From NCBI GenBank assembly GCA_963675785.1, contig OY776562.1:800001-864000 (forward strand): a DNA stretch of 64,000 nucleotides, written 5' to 3'. A program made the translations under genes and the position numbers. This DNA is from Anaerolineae bacterium (lineage in GTDB: Bacteria > Chloroflexota > Anaerolineae > UBA1429). Of the stretch, positions 58,295 through 64,000 are shown piece after piece (the first letter of the stretch is position 1; every line of letters begins with the position of its first letter). The notes under the pieces were generated by a model, which did not search any database, had not been told where the DNA came from, and saw only the letters and a list, made by a program, of their open reading frames with translations.

Positions 58295-60808
58295 TTAGTC
58301 ACCTGGGAGGGCCCTTTTTAGGGCCACAGAGAGATCGCTGATGGAAAAAGGCTTGCTCAGCAGGGCGTTAGCTCCCAGTTCTTTCAATTGTGCCGGGGTG
58401 ATGGAATCTCCCCAGCCGGTAGACAGGATGATGGGGATGCCCGGTTGCAATTCGCGAGCTACTTGAACGACGCGCCGGCCAGAGACGTCAGGCATACCCA
58501 GGTCGGTGATGACGAGATCAAACGTCTCTTTGGCCAGGGTTTCGAGCGCCTGGCGCCCATCGCCGGCATGAACGACATGGTGTCCTCGCGTTAGTAGAAA
58601 GCGCGTCATGATGGTGCGAATAGAAGGGTCGTCATCAACGACGAGGACCCGAAGCTGTGATGTTGTAACTGCCATATCCGGCTCGATCAAAACGCTCGGT
58701 AGAGCGCTACGGCTCGCATCAGTAGGCAGCGTGATCGTAAACGTTGTGCCCTGTCCCGGTATCCCATCGACAGCGATTTTGCCGCCGTGCCGCTCGATGA
58801 TTCGCTTGGACATGGTTAGGCCCAAGCCACTACCTGCAAGGCCCTTGGTGGTGTAAAAAGGCTCAAAAACGTGTTCAAGCTGCTCTTTTGTCATACCGCA
58901 GCCCGTATCTGCAAAGATGACGAAGCACTGGTCGTCCTTGGCCTCTGCTTTGACGAGGATACTGCCGCCCTCGGGCATGGCGTCAATGGCGTTGATGATC
59001 AGGTTGCCAAAGACACGACGCAGCTCGCTACCATTACCCCTCATGGGGGGTATCTCACCGATTTCCGTGCTGATATGGATTGTCTTGCCCTGTTGTTGGT
59101 ATTCGTCTTTCCAACGCGGCGAGTTGAGATCAATGGCATCGGAGATAATCTCGGTCAGATCAATCGGTCCAAAGTCACTTTGGTCATCGGCTTTGCGGTA
59201 GAGCGATTGAAGACGGCGTACAGCTTCGGCAGCATCATCACTGGCCTTGAGCACGCGCTCTAGATCGGCCAGAGCTGATTGGGGATCCTCGGTGAGTTCT
59301 GAGGTTGCCAGGCTGGTAAAGCCCTGAATGACGTGCAGCAGGTTGTTAAAGTCATGGGCTACGCCACCGGCCATCTGGCCCAGTGCGCGAAGCTTTTCCG
59401 AGTGCATGAGCGCCTTTTCGGATTCGATGCGCTCGGTGATATCTCGAATTGTAAGCAGCAACCCAGGTCGATCTTGAACAAAGAACAGCGTACCATCGAT
59501 TTCTACTTCGAGGGTTTTGCCGATTCTTTGGATTATACGCGACTGGACCTTGAAAGGTTCGGGCATTGGCTGGTCAAGGGCCTGTGAGATAGCGGCCACA
59601 GCTTTTTCATCAAAGAAATCGAGGGCATCCAGCCGAATTAACTCGTTCTGCCCATAACCAAAGAGCAGGCAGGCAGCGTGGTTTGCGCTGGAGATGCGAC
59701 CCCGACTATCGATTAGCACGAGGCCTTCGGTTACGGCCTCGAAAATTCTACGATAGCGTTGTTCGCTATCGGCCAGCTGCGAGATGAGTTCGGCATTCTC
59801 CAGAGCTATAGCCGTCTGGTTTGCAAATGCAGCAATAGCCGGAGCAGAACGGCTGTTGAGGTGGTTACTCAACACACAGAGGATGCCGTGAACGATGTCT
59901 CCAGTGACCATGGGCGCGCAGATGGCGTGCTTTTCGGTCAACATGCCAGACAAAGCGCCAGCCCAGCGCCTCTTTTCGGGGTTCAGGATGGCGCGAACAA
60001 CATCAATGGTTACCTCAAAGTATTGGGCTTTGCGGGTGCGTATCGCATCCTGGATTGGCCGCAGTTGTGAGAGATTAACAGTCCGCGAGAGCTGCCCCAA
60101 AAGGCTTTGAACAGCCGTGACGTAGCTCGTCGACATGGAAAAGGCTTCGACTTGGAACAGGCCTTCGGGTTTGATAAAAGCTACAACCGAGTTCATCTCA
60201 ATGGCGCGCAGCTCGTCGGTAACGATATGCAGGACGCCCTCTTGCGACAAGCCTGGTTGGCGAATTCGGCTGGCCGCTTTGTTGAGTGTATCCATCAGTT
60301 GAGCGTACTGATGATTCTCGGTAATATCACGCGCTACGCCCGAATAGAGGGGAGTCGATGCTGTGGCATCGGTGCGGTGCAGTGAGATTTCCAACCAACG
60401 GTATTCGTCAGCCTGGTCGCGAACGCGGACTCTCAGGGGCTGGTTGTTTTTGTGAAAGGCGGGCAAGTCGGCGATGGCTTGCTTTAAAACAGCGCGGTCG
60501 TCGATGGCGAAATAGGCTAGCCACTGTTCGGGGGAGACAGGGCGATGGATCTGCGGCACTGTGCCCAGAATACCAATGACATTGCCAGCTATGCGGCAAA
60601 GGTTCCCCTTGCCATCGAGGAAGAACACGATGTCAAGCAGATTTTCTGTAAGCGCATCCAGCTCGTCGTTCGCCAGCGCCATCTGACTTTTGAGCAAGGT
60701 ATTCTCTTGCTCAATCTTGATGAGGCGTTTCTCAAGTTCTGCTAAGCGTTCTCTATCGGGACCGCTCTCATTAGCCGAAGGTGTAGCTTCTGGATTCAAT
60801 GCCAGCAT
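58295..60808 (-). CDS. Cytoplasmic hybrid histidine kinase (PAS-GAF-PAS-HisKA-HATPase-REC)
   Basis: AHDFNN H-box, NL.INA.DAM, DTGCGM, FEPFYTTK, GSGLGL; receiver VVDDD...TDLGMP...KP. Confidence 0.93.
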   Translation of the reverse strand: MLALNPEATPSANESGPDRERLAELEKRLIKIEQENTLLKSQMALANDELDALTENLLDIVFFLDGKGNLCRIAGNVIGILGTVPQIHRPVSPEQWLAYFAIDDRAVLKQAIADLPAFHKNNQPLRVRVRDQADEYRWLEISLHRTDATASTPLYSGVARDITENHQYAQLMDTLNKAASRIRQPGLSQEGVLHIVTDELRAIEMNSVVAFIKPEGLFQVEAFSMSTSYVTAVQSLLGQLSRTVNLSQLRPIQDAIRTRKAQYFEVTIDVVRAILNPEKRRWAGALSGMLTEKHAICAPMVTGDIVHGILCVLSNHLNSRSAPAIAAFANQTAIALENAELISQLADSEQRYRRIFEAVTEGLVLIDSRGRISSANHAACLLFGYGQNELIRLDALDFFDEKAVAAISQALDQPMPEPFKVQSRIIQRIGKTLEVEIDGTLFFVQDRPGLLLTIRDITERIESEKALMHSEKLRALGQMAGGVAHDFNNLLHVIQGFTSLATSELTEDPQSALADLERVLKASDDAAEAVRRLQSLYRKADDQSDFGPIDLTEIISDAIDLNSPRWKDEYQQQGKTIHISTEIGEIPPMRGNGSELRRVFGNLIINAIDAMPEGGSILVKAEAKDDQCFVIFADTGCGMTKEQLEHVFEPFYTTKGLAGSGLGLTMSKRIIERHGGKIAVDGIPGQGTTFTITLPTDASRSALPSVLIEPDMAVTTSQLRVLVVDDDPSIRTIMTRFLLTRGHHVVHAGDGRQALETLAKETFDLVITDLGMPDVSGRRVVQVARELQPGIPIILSTGWGDSITPAQLKELGANALLSKPFSISDLSVALKRALPGD

Positions 60809-60832
60809 GATGCCTCCGCAAACTGCACGCTC

Positions 60833-61348
60833 TTATAGCATGTCGGCGGCAACTGTTGATGCTGCCGCCTGGTGGCGATTTGTGATCTGGACGAGTTCTC
60901 CCGTGCCTTCACGGATGTCTCTCCAATCAGAAACCTGAAAATCTATATGTGCGATACAGCTGGTAGTCATGGCGACAACGTTTCCGGTTAGCATAATGAT
61001 CAACTGTTCGAGATCTGGATTATGCCCAACAACCAAAGCGCACTCGGCATCGTCAGCAATTTCTTGAACGACTTGCATATAGCCGAGTACGCTGTGTCCG
61101 TAAAGCTCTTCCGCGATAGAAACTGGACAGTCTCCGAGCTGTTTGCGTACACGTTTAACCGTGGCACGGGCTCGTTTGGCCGGCGAAACCGAAATAATCT
61201 GCGGTTTGTGATCCTGCGCCGCCAACCATTTTCCCACGGCCTTGGCATCCTCTTTGCCCTGCTTGGAAAGCGGGCGGTTGAGGTCCTCGACAATGGAATC
61301 GGGCCAAGCTGATTTTGCGTGACGCATAATCCACAAATGCTTTGCCAT
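60833..61348 (-). CDS. sixA: Phosphohistidine phosphatase, SixA family
   Basis: MRHAKS.W, D..RPL..G, SPA.RA..T, VGHNP. Confidence 0.88.
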   Translation of the reverse strand: MAKHLWIMRHAKSAWPDSIVEDLNRPLSKQGKEDAKAVGKWLAAQDHKPQIISVSPAKRARATVKRVRKQLGDCPVSIAEELYGHSVLGYMQVVQEIADDAECALVVGHNPDLEQLIIMLTGNVVAMTTSCIAHIDFQVSDWRDIREGTGELVQITNRHQAAASTVAADML

Positions 61349-61368
61349 GGAATTGTCCAACGATGATG

Positions 61369-63093
61369 TTACAGTATCTTAATCTTTTTAGCAATTTTTA
61401 ATAAATCTGCAGTGAGATCACCTGTCATGCCAATGCGCATAACCCGGCGTCCTACTGATTCGAGCGCCTGCCAGTCGCCAATGGCCTGTGCTTCTTTGAG
61501 CACCCCAAAGCTATAGCCCAGCCCGGGGATTTCGAGGTCTGGTTGGTTCAACTGGGTGAGCTGTACAAACAGGCCGTGGTTTCCATCACCCTTGTGGAGC
61601 TGACCGGTGCTGTGCAAGAATCTGGGCCCAAAGCCGATGGTTACGGGGATGCCATAGCGTTCTGTTAGGGCAGTGGCCTGCTGGGCCAACAGGTCGGCAT
61701 TCTCATCATTGCGTTCGACGTAGGCCATGATGGCGCCATAGTCGCCGGGCTGGGATTGGGCAAAGAATTCGGCCAGGTAAGCCTCTAGGCTTTGCGCAGC
61801 CAAGTGGGGGCCATAGATGGTGAGTGTTTCGTCTACAAGTACTGGCGTGAGCACGGGCAGCGTTTGGGTTTGCTCGTAGGCTTGTAGGGCCTGCCGGGCC
61901 GAATTCTTGGCCGATTCGACGTTGGGTTGGTCAAAGGGGTTTAGCTCCATGATGACCCCGGCGACGGCGGTGGCATATTCCCAGACAAAGAACTGGCTGC
62001 CAAGATCGAGGCGATTACGCAGGGTGAGCGCTACCAGCGGCTGACCGGCATCGATAAGGGCCTGAGCCTGAGCATCGAGGGCGGCGTTGTCGTCGTCCAG
62101 GCGAAGATAGACAAAGAGCCTATCGCTGCCATAAAGGGATACTTCTAACAAGGGCTCATCGACGACGGGCAGGATGCCTTTGCCTTCTTTGCCGGTGCTT
62201 TCGGCGATGAGCTGTTCTACCCAAGCGCCAACGGAGCGCAATGCCGGCGAGGTCAAGAGGGTTAGCTTGTCACGGCCGACGCGGGTGGCGGCGCCAAGCA
62301 GCGTACCCAGCGTGGAGCCGGGATTGGTTTTGCTGTTGTGCAGGGCGCCGCATTGAACGGCCATTTGCCGGGCGCCTTCCAGCAGTTTTTCGAGATCGGC
62401 ACCAATGAGCGCCGCAGGAAGAAGGCCAAAGAGCGACAGGGCGGAAAAACGTCCGCCGATATCGGGTGGGTTTTGGTAGATGGCGCGGAAGCCCGCTTTC
62501 TCGGCGAGTTCGATGAGGGGCGTGCCGGGGTCGGTGATGGCGACAAAGTGTTCGGGCCACTCGTCGCCCAGGTCGTTCTGACAACGTGCCTGAAAATACT
62601 GGTAGAGGGACAACATTTCGGCGGTGGTGCCCGATTTGCTGGCGGTGATGAACAAGGTTTCGGCCAAGGGGAGCTGGCTCGTTTGCGTGAGAATTTGCGC
62701 CGAATCGGTGGTATCAAGGACGCGTAGATCGGGATAGCCGGGGGCGTTGCCCAACACACGGGCAATGACCTCGGGGGCGAGACTGCTGCCGCCCATGCCG
62801 AGCAGGACAATATGCTTGTAGCCGGAGGCGACGATCTCATCACGAAGGGCCTCTAAGCGGGCGATTTCAATGGGCATGACAGCGGGCATATCCAGCCAGC
62901 CCAGGCGGTGCTGAATATCGCGGACCTGCGCGGGGTCTTGTTTCCAGAGGCGGCCGTCTCGGGCCCAGATGGAGGCATCGACGTTACGGCTATCAATCTC
63001 GGCCAGCGTCGCGGTATAGACATCTTCTAGCGAGCCCAACCACAGGGCAGGCATTGGGAAAGCCTCTTGAGTTCGAGATGCGATACTATCCAT
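61369..63093 (-). CDS. pgi: Glucose-6-phosphate isomerase (Tal-Pgi-type Pgi moiety, stand-alone)
   Basis: RLGWL, GMGGSSL, SKSG.T.E, GGRFSALS, EQLIAESTGK, FDQPNVESAK, GPRFLHSTGQLHKG. Confidence 0.88.
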   Translation of the reverse strand: MDSIASRTQEAFPMPALWLGSLEDVYTATLAEIDSRNVDASIWARDGRLWKQDPAQVRDIQHRLGWLDMPAVMPIEIARLEALRDEIVASGYKHIVLLGMGGSSLAPEVIARVLGNAPGYPDLRVLDTTDSAQILTQTSQLPLAETLFITASKSGTTAEMLSLYQYFQARCQNDLGDEWPEHFVAITDPGTPLIELAEKAGFRAIYQNPPDIGGRFSALSLFGLLPAALIGADLEKLLEGARQMAVQCGALHNSKTNPGSTLGTLLGAATRVGRDKLTLLTSPALRSVGAWVEQLIAESTGKEGKGILPVVDEPLLEVSLYGSDRLFVYLRLDDDNAALDAQAQALIDAGQPLVALTLRNRLDLGSQFFVWEYATAVAGVIMELNPFDQPNVESAKNSARQALQAYEQTQTLPVLTPVLVDETLTIYGPHLAAQSLEAYLAEFFAQSQPGDYGAIMAYVERNDENADLLAQQATALTERYGIPVTIGFGPRFLHSTGQLHKGDGNHGLFVQLTQLNQPDLEIPGLGYSFGVLKEAQAIGDWQALESVGRRVMRIGMTGDLTADLLKIAKKIKIL

Positions 63094-63285
63094 ACCAACG
63101 CTCCATTCATGTGCCGATTTTTACGTGTCGCTGACGTAACGAATATAGATGGAGCATGATGGCGTGTCAACAATCTGGCGTTGACCACAAGGTTCTGGTG
63201 CATTAATCTGGGATGTAAATTGCGGCTTTGAAGAAAACCGAGGGTTGCATGACGTGTGGTGGGTGTAACCCAGACTAGAGGGAAC

Positions 63286-64000
63286 ATGACGCAAAGTGTC
63301 AGGCTTTTTGAACCTGTTACCATTGGTGGACTAGAACTGCGGAACCGTTTGATGCGTTCGGCGACGGCGGAACGGGCGGCGGGCCCAGAGAAGGGCGAGC
63401 CGACGGAGCTGATGACGCGGATGTACGAAGAATTGGCGCTGGGGGGCGTGGGCCTGATTGTGACGGGGCACGCCTATGTGCGGCGCGACGGCAAGGCGCA
63501 TTATCGGCAGGCGGCGATAGACGATGACGGGTTGGTGGAAGCATGGCGACGGGTGGTGGAACCTGCTCAGGCAGCGGGGGCGCGGGTGATGATGCAGATT
63601 AACCACTGCGGGGCTGGCACCACGGCTGAAGTGACGCCAGAGCCGGTATCGCCAGGGGGTGTGGCAGCGCCTGGGGGGATGGCATCGCGGGCATTGAGAG
63701 CCGAGGAGATCCCAGAGCTGGCGGCGGCTTTCGGTCGAGCGGCGGGAAGGGCCAAGGCTGCGGGTTTGGATGGCGTGCAGATTCACGGCGCACACGGCTA
63801 TTTGGTATCGCAATTCTTGACGCCGTTCACGAATACGCGCATCGACTGCTGGGGCGGTACGGAAGAAAAGCGTTTGGCTTTTTTGCGGGCGGTGAACGAG
63901 GCGATCCGGGCGGAGGTGGGGCCAGAGTACCCGGTGTGGATCAAGCTGGGCACGGCCGGGGCGGCGTTTTCTGGCTTGACGGCGGAGATGGGGGCGCGGT
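63286..64000 (+). CDS. NADH:flavin oxidoreductase (Old Yellow Enzyme family), partial
   Basis: Manual translation MTQSVRLFEPVTIGGLELRNRLMRSATAE...GGVGLIVTG...QINHCG...GLDGVQIHGAHGYLVSQFL.P..N.R.D.WGG; runs off the window end. Confidence 0.9.
   Translation, partial: MTQSVRLFEPVTIGGLELRNRLMRSATAERAAGPEKGEPTELMTRMYEELALGGVGLIVTGHAYVRRDGKAHYRQAAIDDDGLVEAWRRVVEPAQAAGARVMMQINHCGAGTTAEVTPEPVSPGGVAAPGGMASRALRAEEIPELAAAFGRAAGRAKAAGLDGVQIHGAHGYLVSQFLTPFTNTRIDCWGGTEEKRLAFLRAVNEAIRAEVGPEYPVWIKLGTAGAAFSGLTAEMGAR

Overview
A gene-dense, fairly GC-rich bacterial window. Gene content suggests an anaerobic Chloroflexota (Anaerolineae-like) genome, but that is inference. From left to right it contains: a partial GH2 beta-glucuronidase; a ~2.3 kb AT-rich island of Patescibacteria-like surface-protein genes showing signs of decay; a GH127 pseudogene; sugar-metabolism and housekeeping genes (rnj, AlkD-family, HAD); a complete 10-gene LysW-dependent alpha-aminoadipate lysine operon; a convergent cassette of a single-chain B12-dependent mutase-like protein plus an opine dehydrogenase; Mrp/ApbC, GH78, CarD and a stand-alone EF-G; an orphan group-3 [NiFe]-hydrogenase pair; a split three-gene ABC exporter; two tandem lipoproteins with a Moco-binding fold; a hybrid kinase, SixA and PGI; and a partial Old Yellow Enzyme. 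The main signals missing from the ORF track are: (1) a 33-aa KKSKSKK leader peptide with a full trp-style attenuator ahead of lysW; (2) a Moco riboswitch over the cysteine-less Moco-fold lipoproteins; (3) the B12 mutase-opine dehydrogenase pair under a structured, terminator-ended leader I cannot match to a known family; (4) the CPR-like island; (5) an apparent GC-skew flip near 37.6-43 kb. All assignments come from reading motifs by eye; no searches were run.
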